DNA of 64,000 bases, from positions 65,837-129,836 of the forward strand of contig JACRFI010000016.1 of NCBI GenBank assembly GCA_016217965.1, written 5' to 3'. The translations under genes and the position numbers were made by a program. Source of the DNA: Candidatus Kaiserbacteria bacterium. Lineage in GTDB: Bacteria > Patescibacteriota > Minisyncoccia > Phycocordibacterales > UBA2100. Of this stretch, positions 7,938 to 16,597 are shown in pieces; within the stretch, counting starts at the first letter, position 1; every line of letters begins with the position of its first letter. The notes under the pieces were generated by a model. It did not search any database. It was not told the origin of the DNA and saw only the letters and a list, made by a program, of their open reading frames with translations.

Positions 7938-8687
7938 ATGGAATCACCAATTTACAACACAGCAGGCAAAAAAACGGGAACAATTGCGCTTCCTGAGAGT
8001 ATTTTTGCCGTCAAATGGAACGACTCTTTGATGTATCAGGTCGTTACCGCCATGCAAGCGAATGCACGCACGCCCGTTGCCCATGTGAAAACAAGGGGGG
8101 ATGTGAGGGGCGGCGGCAAGAAGCCATGGGCGCAAAAAGGAACCGGCCGCGCTCGGCACGGCTCTATCCGCTCGCCCATCTGGCGAGGCGGGGGAGTGAC
8201 GCATGGCCCTAGGAGCGACAAATCATATGCGCGCACGATACCAAAAAAAATGCGCATTAAGGCTCTCACGATGGCACTTTCCCAAAAGTTCAAGGACGGT
8301 GGGGTCGTGTTCATAGATTCTCTTGGCCTCGAGGAGCCGAAAACCGCTGCTGCGAAAAAAGTGCTTGTTTCTGTCAGCGGTGCACTTGGCCTCAAGGGTC
8401 TTGTGGAAAAGAAGGCAAATGCAGCGTTTGTCGCGCTTGCCGATCCTCGCGAATCGGCGACAAAAAGTTTTCGGAATCTCGGCAATATCGAGTGCAAAGC
8501 AGTGCGAGAGCTTAACCCGGTCTCTGTGCTCAAGCATTCGTATCTCATCATTGAAAATCCGGAAGCAGCGCTCGCAATTCTTTCCCACCGTATCGGAGAA
8601 AAGGTTGAAACGACGACGCCACGAGCCAAAAAGCCGAAGAAAGTCAATATGAAGGCCGTGCACGCTGCCGAAAAAGGAGACCAGTAA
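7938..8687 (+). CDS. rplD: 50S ribosomal protein L4
   Basis: MESPIYNTAGKKTGTIALPESIF...RGGGKKPWAQKGTGRAR. The start was moved to the internal ATG at 7938. The C-terminus has a basic extension. Confidence 0.9.
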   Translation: MESPIYNTAGKKTGTIALPESIFAVKWNDSLMYQVVTAMQANARTPVAHVKTRGDVRGGGKKPWAQKGTGRARHGSIRSPIWRGGGVTHGPRSDKSYARTIPKKMRIKALTMALSQKFKDGGVVFIDSLGLEEPKTAAAKKVLVSVSGALGLKGLVEKKANAAFVALADPRESATKSFRNLGNIECKAVRELNPVSVLKHSYLIIENPEAALAILSHRIGEKVETTTPRAKKPKKVNMKAVHAAEKGDQ

Positions 8688-8727
8688 TTGAATTCAAATT
8701 TGAAATTTTAAATTTAAAATTCAGCAT

Positions 8728-9102
8728 ATGGCACTATTTTCAAGAAAAAAGAATAAAGAGGTTGAGGCAACAACGGCGCCAGCGCCTGTCAGCACCCGCG
8801 TGGAGCCGAAAACAACTGTCGCCGACCTCTCACATGTCCTCATGAATCCGCGCATTACTGAAAAAGCGACGATGGCCTCGGCAGAGGGCGTGTATGTTTT
8901 TGATGTCGCGGAGCGTGCAAACAAAAAAGATATTGCACGCGCGGTCGCGCAGTACTACAAAGTAATTCCGCGAAAGATATCGGTTGTGACTATTCCTGCG
9001 AAATCGACACGAAGCACGAGGACGGGAGTGCGAGGTGTCAAACAGGGAGGCAAGAAAGCCTATGTGTATCTTAAGAGGGGAGAAACGATAACCATTGCAT
9101 AA
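8728..9102 (+). CDS. rplW: 50S ribosomal protein L23 with N-terminal extension
   Basis: ...LMNPRITEKATMASAEGVYVFDVAERANKKDIARAVAQYYKV... Confidence 0.9.
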   Translation: MALFSRKKNKEVEATTAPAPVSTRVEPKTTVADLSHVLMNPRITEKATMASAEGVYVFDVAERANKKDIARAVAQYYKVIPRKISVVTIPAKSTRSTRTGVRGVKQGGKKAYVYLKRGETITIA

Positions 9103-9105
9103 CAT

Positions 9106-9954
9106 ATGAGCATGAAATTTTACAAACCAACGACAGCGGGCCAGCGAGGCATGAGCCGGGTCAATTTTCGCGCTGCCCTCTCTGGAAAAGGGCGAGCGAA
9201 ATTCCTCACAGAAGGAGGAAAGCGCGCAGTCGGAAGAAACGCGTTTGGCCGCATCACGACGAGGCACAAGGGTGGAGGGCACAAACGCGTGTGGCGCGAT
9301 GTGGATTTCCAACTCAATAAGAAGAACATCCCTGCGCGCATCGCCACGATCGAATACGACCCAAATCGCTCCGCGTTCATCGGGCTTGCTATCTACAAGG
9401 ACGGAGAGAGGCGGTATGTGGTAGTTCCTAAAAATATGAACGTTGGAGACACATTTCTCGTCTCTACTGATGCTCCTATTGCGCCGGGGAATCGGCTTCC
9501 TCTTGCGAATATCCCCGTTGGCACATTCGTATTCAATATAGAGCTCTCTCCAGGCGGAGGCGGCAAAATTGCAAGGAGTGCGGGCAACTTCGCGGAGGTT
9601 GTTGCGCAAGACGCGGGATACACACACCTCAAAATGCCTTCGACAGAAGTTCGTCGCGTCATCGGAACTGCGTGGGCAACTGTGGGCGAAGCATCAAATG
9701 ATGAACATCGTTTGCAAGTCATCGGAAAGGCTGGCCGCACGCGTTGGATGGGCGTCCGCCCGACGGTTCGAGGCTCCGCAATGAATCCTGTGGACCATCC
9801 ACACGGAGGAGGTGAAGGAAAACAAGGGAGAGGCCTCCGTCGAGCTAAATCTTTGTGGGGCAGGCCAACAGGGAAGGGACAGAAGACCCGCCGCCCGAAG
9901 AAATACTCAAACGTATTTATCGTTTCTCGCCGCCGTGTAGGTAAGCGAAAATAG
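9106..9954 (+). CDS. rplB: 50S ribosomal protein L2
   Basis: MSMKFYKPTTAGQRGMSRVNF...GGGEGKQGRG, the L2 signature. Confidence 0.95.
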   Translation: MSMKFYKPTTAGQRGMSRVNFRAALSGKGRAKFLTEGGKRAVGRNAFGRITTRHKGGGHKRVWRDVDFQLNKKNIPARIATIEYDPNRSAFIGLAIYKDGERRYVVVPKNMNVGDTFLVSTDAPIAPGNRLPLANIPVGTFVFNIELSPGGGGKIARSAGNFAEVVAQDAGYTHLKMPSTEVRRVIGTAWATVGEASNDEHRLQVIGKAGRTRWMGVRPTVRGSAMNPVDHPHGGGEGKQGRGLRRAKSLWGRPTGKGQKTRRPKKYSNVFIVSRRRVGKRK

Positions 9955-9979
9955 TTCGGTTAAAAGCTAATTTATTGAC

Positions 9980-10045
9980 TCAAAGCGTTTTCTTCGCTAC
10001 ATTGTCGCTACCCGCTCCGGCGGGATTTAGTTTGGTTGGATTTTC
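9980..10045 (+). promoter_or_regulatory. intra-operon spacer with promoter-like (TTGACT-17-TACATT) and terminator-like hairpin (CCCGCuccgGCGGG plus U-tract)
   Basis: The 126-nt rplB-rpsS spacer holds a hairpin at 10011-10024 followed by AUUUAGUUUGGUUGGAUUUU. Confidence 0.35.
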
Positions 10046-10080
10046 CTATCACCTAGAACCTAGTTCCTAGAACCTACTTT

Positions 10081-10431
10081 ATGGCACGTTCAGTAAAAAA
10101 AGGCCCCTACGTGGATGCCAAATTGATGAAGAAAGTCGGGAACCGCAAACCAACAGCGGGAGGCATTAAGACGTGGGCAAGGGCCAGCCAAATACCGCCT
10201 GAATTTGTCGGCTTCACATTCCTTGTGCACACGGGCAAAAATTTCGACGAGGTTTTCATAACTGAAGACATGGTCGGGCATCGCCTCGGTGAATTTGCTC
10301 CGACGACGAAATTCATCCGCCACGGAGGCAAGATGCAGAAGGAGATCGAGATGAAAGCAAAAGAAGCCGAGATAGCAGCCGCGACGGCTGCGAAGGCAAC
10401 GGGAGATGCCGCAAAGACGGCGAAGAAATAG
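10081..10431 (+). CDS. rpsS: 30S ribosomal protein S19 with Ala/Lys-rich C-terminal extension
   Basis: [12 protein letters not shown]...[27 protein letters not shown]...[12 protein letters not shown]. Confidence 0.9.
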   Translation: MARSVKKGPYVDAKLMKKVGNRKPTAGGIKTWARASQIPPEFVGFTFLVHTGKNFDEVFITEDMVGHRLGEFAPTTKFIRHGGKMQKEIEMKAKEAEIAAATAAKATGDAAKTAKK

Positions 10432-10524
10432 TATGAAGTCACAAGTCATCAGTCATAAGTCAACAGAGAATACTGAAACGCAAAAGTGCGATGCATTTGG
10501 CTTTGGACTCATGACTTCAAACTA
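10432..10524 (+). repeat. about 90-nt spacer element, copy 1 (AGTCACAAGTCAT[C/A]AGTCATAAGTCA ... TTTGGACT[C/A]ATGACTT), internally dyad-symmetric
   Basis: Shares two conserved blocks with the rpsZ-rpsH spacer at 14118-14227. AAGTCAT and ATGACTT form an inverted repeat. Confidence 0.6.
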
Positions 10525-10878
10525 ATGACTATCCGTATGAAAGCCTCGCTCTCAAATTTCCGCCAATCTCCGCAAAAGGTTCGTCTTGTGGCGAATGCCA
10601 TCCGCGGGAAGAAAGTTGCAGTAGCGCGGCGAGCGCTCTCGTTCTTGCCGAAGAAATCATCCCCAATGTTCCAGAAGCTCTTGGATTCTGCAGTTGCGAA
10701 CGCGAAGGGGATGGATGTAAATACGGACGAGCTCATCATCAAAAGCGTCTCTGTTGATAAGGGATTGGTGATACGTCGTTACAAGCCGATGGCGCGCGGC
10801 CGTGCAGCAGGTGTCAGAAAGACTCGCAGCATGGTATCCATAGTGCTAGGTCTGCCAGAGGACCCAAAAAGAAAATAA
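10525..10878 (+). CDS. rplV: 50S ribosomal protein L22
   Basis: MTIRMKASLSNFRQSPQKVRLVANAIRGKKVAVA.... The start was chosen at the internal ATG; the ORF-track start would overlap the repeat element. Confidence 0.85.
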   Translation: MTIRMKASLSNFRQSPQKVRLVANAIRGKKVAVARRALSFLPKKSSPMFQKLLDSAVANAKGMDVNTDELIIKSVSVDKGLVIRRYKPMARGRAAGVRKTRSMVSIVLGLPEDPKRK

Positions 10879-10879
10879 T

Positions 10880-11566
10880 ATGACACACGTTGTACATCCA
10901 TATGCGCATCGCCTCGGCATCATCAGGGATTGGAAGTCCCGTTGGTTCGCTGCAACTCCTGCGCAGTATCGCGACCAGGTTATGGTCGACGCTGCCATAA
11001 GGCGTTTCCTTAAAAAGCGGCTGCGCGGACACTACGTCACTTCCATCGAAATAGAGCGAAATCAGAAGATGATACGGGTTCTCATCAAAACATCTCGCCC
11101 AGGTTTCATCATTGGCCGTGGTGGTGAAGGTAGCGCGAAGTTGACGAAAGAAATAGAACAAGTTGTGCGAAAAGTTGTCCCGCCAGCAGGAGCGAAAAAG
11201 CCTGTTGCGATGCCGGTGAGGCTTGATATAGAAGAAGTACGTTCTCCCGAATCACAGGCGCCCGTTGTTGGATACATGATCGCGGAAGGCCTTGAGAAGC
11301 GGCAACCATTCAGGCGCGTCTTGAAGCAGACGGTTGAAAAAGTAATGGCGAACAGAGACGTTGAAGGTGTACGCATCGCCATTTCCGGCAGGCTTGGCGG
11401 CGCAGAAATGTCGCGTGCAGAAGAGATAAAGAGGGGACGCGTACCGCTACAGACTCTTCGCGCTGATATAGATTTTGCGCGCGAAGAAGCATACCTTCCG
11501 TACGGTGTGATCGGCATCAAAGTCTGGATATATCGGGGGGAAATATTCGCCGAAGGCAAGAAATAA
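10880..11566 (+). CDS. rpsC: 30S ribosomal protein S3
   Basis: MTHVVHPYAHRLGIIRDWKSRWFA... with KH and S3-C domains. Confidence 0.95.
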   Translation: MTHVVHPYAHRLGIIRDWKSRWFAATPAQYRDQVMVDAAIRRFLKKRLRGHYVTSIEIERNQKMIRVLIKTSRPGFIIGRGGEGSAKLTKEIEQVVRKVVPPAGAKKPVAMPVRLDIEEVRSPESQAPVVGYMIAEGLEKRQPFRRVLKQTVEKVMANRDVEGVRIAISGRLGGAEMSRAEEIKRGRVPLQTLRADIDFAREEAYLPYGVIGIKVWIYRGEIFAEGKK

Positions 11567-11572
11567 ACTCGT

Positions 11573-11995
11573 ATGCTTAGCCCGAAAAAAGCAAAATACC
11601 GGAAGTGGCAAATGGGCCGCAAGAACCCAAGTCGCCTTAACGCGCCCGAGACGCGCGGCATTACTGTTGCGTTCGGTTCGTTCGGTTTTAAAGCGACGAC
11701 GCAAGCGCGCGTGACATCGAATCAGCTTGAAGCAGCGCGCCGCGCTCTCACGCGAGCCGCAGGCAAAACTGCGAAGATCTGGACCCGCGTTTTTCCTGAC
11801 AGGCCGTTCACACAAAAGGCGGCTGAAGTCGGCATGGGAAGCGGCAAAGGCGATGTGCAGGGGTACGTTGTAGAGGTGCGTCCCGGCCGCGTCATCTTCG
11901 AAGTTGACGGGGCCTCAGAAGAGATTGCTCGTGAGGCGCTTCGCAAGGCAGGTACGAAGCTTCCACTGAAAGGAAAAGTTGTAGCTCGCGCATAG
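11573..11995 (+). CDS. rplP: 50S ribosomal protein L16
   Basis: MLSPKKAKYRKWQMGRK... Confidence 0.95.
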   Translation: MLSPKKAKYRKWQMGRKNPSRLNAPETRGITVAFGSFGFKATTQARVTSNQLEAARRALTRAAGKTAKIWTRVFPDRPFTQKAAEVGMGSGKGDVQGYVVEVRPGRVIFEVDGASEEIAREALRKAGTKLPLKGKVVARA

Positions 11996-12023
11996 TTCGA
12001 CGACACTCGCTATAAATAAAAAT

Positions 12024-12233
12024 ATGAAAAAAACAGACTTCAAAAAATATTCAGCAGATGACCTGAAGAAAGAGGTCACCGAGAAGCGGGAAGCGCTTCG
12101 CACATTCCGCTTTGGCGAGGCAGGGAGCCGTTCACGCAATGTGAAAGAAGGCCGTTCACTACGGCGCGACATCGCCCGCCTTCTCACTGAGCTACGAGCT
12201 AGGTCTCTTGCGTCTAATAAGAAGTCTGCGTAG
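12024..12233 (+). CDS. rpmC: 50S ribosomal protein L29
   Basis: Small coiled-coil protein of 69 aa at the L29 position between L16 and S17. Confidence 0.85.
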   Translation: MKKTDFKKYSADDLKKEVTEKREALRTFRFGEAGSRSRNVKEGRSLRRDIARLLTELRARSLASNKKSA

Positions 12234-12248
12234 TATTGCGAATCTTGT

Positions 12249-12518
12249 ATGGAACCAAACACTTCAAAAGGCAAAGTACTCGTCGGCACCGTCGTCAAAA
12301 CGGCGATGAAAGACACAGTTACTGTGAGAGTGGAGCGCTACGTCAAGCATCCAAAATATAAGAAGTACATCTCGCGCAGCAAGAAGTACCTCGTGCACAA
12401 CCCAGGGAATACGATGCAAGTGGGTGACAAGGTCTCGATACGCGAGACGAGGCCGATCTCGAAGCACAAATCTTTTGTCATAGCTGAGAGGCTGCACGCT
12501 GCGGCGAAAGAAGAATAA
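12249..12518 (+). CDS. rpsQ: 30S ribosomal protein S17
   Basis: KVLVGTVVKTAMKDTVTVRVERYVKHPKYKKY... Confidence 0.9.
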   Translation: MEPNTSKGKVLVGTVVKTAMKDTVTVRVERYVKHPKYKKYISRSKKYLVHNPGNTMQVGDKVSIRETRPISKHKSFVIAERLHAAAKEE

Positions 12519-12522
12519 TTTT

Positions 12523-12903
12523 ATGATACAAGACCGAAGCATAGTAAAAATAGCGGACAATTCGGGCGGGCAAACCGGACGTATCTTTAAGGTGCCCGGA
12601 GGCAGCAAACGCCGGTATGCTTCGATCGGGGACGAAGTCATTCTCTCGATACAGACGGCGCAGCCGAGAAAGACCGTGAAAAAGAAGGAAGTTCATCGAG
12701 CTGTTGTTGTTCGCCAATCAAAGCCATTTCGGCGCAAGGACGGCTCGTACATTCGATTCGACGAGAACGCAGTGGTCCTTCTCGAGAAGTCAGGAAAAGA
12801 CAAGAAGGAGCCAAAAGCGAATCGTGTGTTCGGCCCTATCCCGCGCGAGATAGTCGAACGAGGATACCAAAAGATCGGCTCACTTGCGCCCGAAGTCGTA
12901 TGA
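12523..12903 (+). CDS. rplN: 50S ribosomal protein L14 (with a short insertion)
   Basis: MIQDRSIVKIADNSGGQ... Confidence 0.95.
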   Translation: MIQDRSIVKIADNSGGQTGRIFKVPGGSKRRYASIGDEVILSIQTAQPRKTVKKKEVHRAVVVRQSKPFRRKDGSYIRFDENAVVLLEKSGKDKKEPKANRVFGPIPREIVERGYQKIGSLAPEVV

Positions 12904-13205
12904 AAATCAAAAAAGGCGATAAAGTAATAGTGATAGCTGGGAAAAGCCGTGGCGAAACGGGCACTGTTGTCCGCGCGCTCCCCAAGGACGATCTTGTCGT
13001 TATTGACGGCATCAACATAATGAAAAAACACCGCCGGGCAACGGGGCGAAGCCGTTCGGGCCAGATAATTGAGAAAGCCATGCCGATCCACGCATCGAAT
13101 GTGATGCTTCTTGATCCTAAGTCAGGAAAACCGACCCGCATTAAGATAGAAAGGAAGGATGGCAAGCGGCAGCGGCTGGCAGCGAAGAGCGGACAAACTA
13201 TATAA
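12900..13205 (+). CDS. rplX: 50S ribosomal protein L24
   Basis: MKIKKGDKVIVIAGKSRGETGTVV..., a KOW motif. Confidence 0.9.
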   Translation: MKIKKGDKVIVIAGKSRGETGTVVRALPKDDLVVIDGINIMKKHRRATGRSRSGQIIEKAMPIHASNVMLLDPKSGKPTRIKIERKDGKRQRLAAKSGQTI

Positions 13206-13207
13206 AT

Positions 13208-13747
13208 ATGGCAACCATACCAGCAGCAGAAAAGATACGAGGGGCGTTCAGCGCCATGAAAGGCGATTTTAACTACACGTCACCAATGCAAGCGCCGCGC
13301 GTCACGAAGATTGTTGTTTCGACAGGTGTCGGGGCATCAATAGATAAAAAGAGGCGTGAGCTTGTCGTTGATAGGGTAACGCGATTCACGGGCCAAATGC
13401 CCTCCCCTCGGTCCGCGAAGAAATCAATCGCGACATTCAAGTTGCGAAAAGGCGATACCGTTGGCTACCAAGTCACGCTTCGAGGAAATAGAATGCGTTC
13501 GTTCCTCGATAAGCTCATCAACATTGTCCTTCCGCGCGTCCGCGACTTCCGCGGCATCAAACCAGCGTCCATCGACGAGATGGGCAACATCACGATAGGC
13601 ATCAAGGAACACACCGTGTTTCCAGAAACTGCTGACGAGGACATCAAAGATATCTTCGGTGTTGCTATCACAATAGGCACGACCGCGAAGAATAAAAAGG
13701 AGGCAGAAGCGTTCCTCCGCCACATCGGTATTCCTCTTCAGAGTTAA
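13208..13747 (+). CDS. rplE: 50S ribosomal protein L5
   Basis: ...NYTSPMQAPRVTKIVVSTGVG... Confidence 0.95.
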   Translation: MATIPAAEKIRGAFSAMKGDFNYTSPMQAPRVTKIVVSTGVGASIDKKRRELVVDRVTRFTGQMPSPRSAKKSIATFKLRKGDTVGYQVTLRGNRMRSFLDKLINIVLPRVRDFRGIKPASIDEMGNITIGIKEHTVFPETADEDIKDIFGVAITIGTTAKNKKEAEAFLRHIGIPLQS

Positions 13748-13931
13748 TGAAGCTGATTGACAGTGCCCCCGATCTCGCGTATATTTCGCGAGCTTCGTGG
13801 GGGGCTTCTGTTTCGGAAAGAGCGAATAGCTGACTGCCGAACATGATGCCACGCGGGAGTTTCTCTAACCTCAAGGCGCGAGCCGAGGTGCAGGGACTCC
13901 AAGCCACTCCTTGCGCTGCAATCCAATTTAT

Positions 13932-14117
13932 ATGGCAAAACGATCAATGGTAGTAAAGGCGCAGCGAAAGCCTAAATTCTCAAGCCGTACCGTACGGCGC
14001 TGCTTCAAGTGCGGTCGTCCGCGCGGTTTTATACGCGATTTCAATCTTTGCCGCATCTGCTTCCGCGAGGAAGCGCTCCAGGGGAATATCCCGGGCATTA
14101 AGAAGTCCTCTTGGTAG
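13932..14117 (+). CDS. rpsZ: 30S ribosomal protein S14 type Z (zinc-binding, 61 aa)
   Basis: [46 protein letters not shown]... with a CxxC...CxxC pattern. The start was moved to the internal ATG. Confidence 0.9.
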   Translation: MAKRSMVVKAQRKPKFSSRTVRRCFKCGRPRGFIRDFNLCRICFREEALQGNIPGIKKSSW

Positions 14118-14227
14118 ATACATATGCAGTCACAAGTCATAAGTCATAAGTCATTAGAAAACACAGGGATACGAGAACGTGGCGCATTTTTCTTTGGACT
14201 AATGACTTTGGACTACTAACTATTTTT
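14118..14227 (+). repeat. about 90-nt spacer element, copy 2 (same conserved blocks as 10432-10524)
   Basis: GCAGTCACAAGTCATAAGTCATAAGTCA ... GCGCATTTTTCTTTGGACTAATGACTTTGGACT. Confidence 0.6.
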
Positions 14228-14623
14228 ATGGTAACTGACCCGATCGGAGATTTTATAGTGCGGCTCACGAATGCCGGCGCCGTCAAAAAGGCGAATGTCT
14301 CGGTGCCGTTCTCCAATTTCAAAATGGCGATAGCGGAAAAATTGAAAGATGCCGGTTTCGTAAAGGCGGTGGATAAAAAAGGAAAGAAAGTGAAAAAAAC
14401 CATCGATGTCTCTTTGAAATACGACGAGAGCGGAGTGCATGTTATCCGCGGCGTAAAGCGTGTTTCGAAGCCCGGCCGCCGCCTGTACAGGGGCGTGAAC
14501 GAGATCGTATCTGTGCGCTACGGGCACGGTTCCTTGATACTCTCGACTCCACGCGGAATTCTCACAGATAAAGAAGCGCGCAAGGAGAAAGTCGGCGGCG
14601 AAGCACTGTTTGAAATTTGGTAA
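14228..14623 (+). CDS. rpsH: 30S ribosomal protein S8
   Basis: MVTDPIGDFIVRLTNAG... Confidence 0.95.
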   Translation: MVTDPIGDFIVRLTNAGAVKKANVSVPFSNFKMAIAEKLKDAGFVKAVDKKGKKVKKTIDVSLKYDESGVHVIRGVKRVSKPGRRLYRGVNEIVSVRYGHGSLILSTPRGILTDKEARKEKVGGEALFEIW

Positions 14624-14633
14624 TACTGAATAT

Positions 14634-15179
14634 ATGAGCCGCATAGGAAAAAAAACAATACCAATTCCGCAAGGGACTGATGTCTCTGTCGGGAAGAGCG
14701 AGATAACCGTGAAAGGAAAAGGCGGAACACTCACACGCCAGCTCCACCCTTCTATTGCTGTTACGATCACGGACGGAGTGGTTTCTGTCGCGCCGAATTC
14801 GAATACGCGTGTTGCACAGGCGCTTTGGGGTACGTTTTCCGCACACATCAACAATATGGTGGCAGGCGTAAACACCCCGTTCGTTAAGAAGCTGCAGATA
14901 GAAGGCATTGGGTATCGTGCTGAGCTCTCCGGGAAAAATCTTAAGCTCGCGCTCGGCTTCTCCCACCCAGTCATTGTTGGCGTGCCCGAAGGCATAACGG
15001 TCGCGGTCGAGAAAAATATCGTCTCGGTCTCAGGTGCCGATAAAGAGAAGGTCGGGCAGTTCGCGGCGTCTGTGCGGGCGCTCAAAAAGCCTGAGCCGTA
15101 TAAGGGCAAGGGCATTCGCTATGAAGGGGAAGTAGTCCGCCAGAAACAAGGCAAGAAAGCTGCCGCAGCAGCAGCATAA
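14634..15179 (+). CDS. rplF: 50S ribosomal protein L6
   Basis: MSRIGKKTIPIPQGTDVSV.... The start is at the internal ATG after the S8 stop. Confidence 0.9.
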   Translation: MSRIGKKTIPIPQGTDVSVGKSEITVKGKGGTLTRQLHPSIAVTITDGVVSVAPNSNTRVAQALWGTFSAHINNMVAGVNTPFVKKLQIEGIGYRAELSGKNLKLALGFSHPVIVGVPEGITVAVEKNIVSVSGADKEKVGQFAASVRALKKPEPYKGKGIRYEGEVVRQKQGKKAAAAAA

Positions 15180-15192
15180 TCAAGTTCAACGT

Positions 15193-15540
15193 ATGAAAAC
15201 TTTAACGAACATCGAGAGGAGGGAGAGGCGGCATCGCCGAGTACGCGCGAAGGTCTCTGGAAGCGCGTCGCGGCCGCGGCTTTCTGTTTTCAAATCGAAT
15301 ACGCGTGTCGTCGCGCAGCTTATTGACGATTCGAAAGGCGTTACGCTTGCAGCAGTGAGCTCGCACCAAGAGAAAGGGAAAACACCCCGAGAGAGGGCAG
15401 AGATGGCGGCTAGAACACTGGCGAAGCAGGCAGAGGGAAAAAAGATAAGTGCCGTAGTGTTCGACAGAGGAGGCTTTCAATACCAAGGGACTATCAAGGC
15501 ATTTGCCGACGCGGCGCGCGCAGCGGGATTGCAATTTTAA
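15193..15540 (+). CDS. rplR: 50S ribosomal protein L18
   Basis: ...RPRLSVFKSNTRVVAQLIDD... Confidence 0.9.
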   Translation: MKTLTNIERRERRHRRVRAKVSGSASRPRLSVFKSNTRVVAQLIDDSKGVTLAAVSSHQEKGKTPRERAEMAARTLAKQAEGKKISAVVFDRGGFQYQGTIKAFADAARAAGLQF

Positions 15541-15545
15541 ACAAT

Positions 15546-16148
15546 ATGGCTGAACAAAACACACAAGAAACAACAGGAGCACCGGTAGTAGCAGGACCAG
15601 CTGTGGCAACTCCTCAAGATGAAAGGGGTGGAAGAGGCGGGCAGCGAGACCGGCGTGGAAGAGGGGGAGGACGCAGGGGCGATCGTGGGGGACAACGAGG
15701 AGGCGAGCGTCGCAGCGAATTCGCACAAAAGCTTATCGGTATTCGCCGAGTCGCGCGTGTCATGGCGGGAGGCAGGAGATTCAATTTCAGCGTGTGCATC
15801 GTGATAGGCGACAAGAAAGGCCGCGTCGGTGTCGGGCTAGGGAAAGCAGCGGATACTGCACTTGCGATAGAAAAAGCGACGCGTGCCGCAAAGCGGAACA
15901 TGCTCACGCTTCATCTCACGAAAACTCGCAGCATTCGACATAACATCGAGGCGAAATACACGGCATCTGTCGTCGAGATACGCCCAAGTCCTGGAAGAGG
16001 GTTAGTGGCAGGTTCGTCGGTTCGTACCGTCTTGGACCTCGGTGGTGTCACCGATGTTACGGCAAAAATACTCTCACGTAGTCACAATCCGATAAACAAT
16101 GCGCGTGCAGCTATTGAAGCCCTGAAGCAAATATCCGAAAAACGATAA
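15546..16148 (+). CDS. rpsE: 30S ribosomal protein S5 with Arg/Gly-rich N-terminal extension
   Basis: About 55 aa of N-terminal extension (...ERGGRGGQRDRRGRGGGRRGDRGGQRGGERR), then IGIRRVARVMAGGRRFNFSV... Confidence 0.9.
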   Translation: MAEQNTQETTGAPVVAGPAVATPQDERGGRGGQRDRRGRGGGRRGDRGGQRGGERRSEFAQKLIGIRRVARVMAGGRRFNFSVCIVIGDKKGRVGVGLGKAADTALAIEKATRAAKRNMLTLHLTKTRSIRHNIEAKYTASVVEIRPSPGRGLVAGSSVRTVLDLGGVTDVTAKILSRSHNPINNARAAIEALKQISEKR

Positions 16149-16152
16149 ACGT

Positions 16153-16593
16153 ATGGTTAGCTTACACACACTACGAAGGACAACGAAGCGCTCATTGCAG
16201 CGCGTTGGCCGAGGGCAGTCGAGCGGACGGGGAAAAACCTCTGGGCGCGGTACAAAAGGCCAGAACGCGCGCTCGGGAAGGAAGAAACGCCCAGAATGGC
16301 GCGACATCATCAAGAAGCTTCCGAAACGCCGCGGCTACGGAAAGAACCGAGGCCGCACAGTCGTCGCAAGGCCAAGATCAATCGCGATCTCGCTTCAACG
16401 GCTCAGCGAGGTTTTTGAGAATAATGCTACGGTTACAAAGAAGGCGCTTGAGGAGAAAGGCCTTGTACGCGGGAAAGAGCGATGCAAGATCGTAGGGGGA
16501 GGCACTATCTCGAAAAAGCTTTCAATATCGGGATGTGTTGCAACTGCCTCAGCGAAAGCAGCGATAGAAAAAGCAGGAGGAACGGTCGCATAA
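16153..16593 (+). CDS. rplO: 50S ribosomal protein L15 (directly after S5; no L30 gene in between)
   Basis: ...LQRVGRGQSSGRGKTSGRGTKGQNARSG... Confidence 0.9.
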   Translation: MVSLHTLRRTTKRSLQRVGRGQSSGRGKTSGRGTKGQNARSGRKKRPEWRDIIKKLPKRRGYGKNRGRTVVARPRSIAISLQRLSEVFENNATVTKKALEEKGLVRGKERCKIVGGGTISKKLSISGCVATASAKAAIEKAGGTVA

Positions 16594-16597
16594 GCAT

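Noticed and set aside
14216-15115. 299-aa minus-strand ORF, plus other long antisense ORFs (8036-8647, 11062-11661, 53291-54052, 30508-31362, 22180-22722)
   Set aside because: Each lies antisense to a well-supported ribosomal or housekeeping gene and has a low-complexity or Arg/Ser/Pro-rich translation. These are judged artefacts of six-frame translation.
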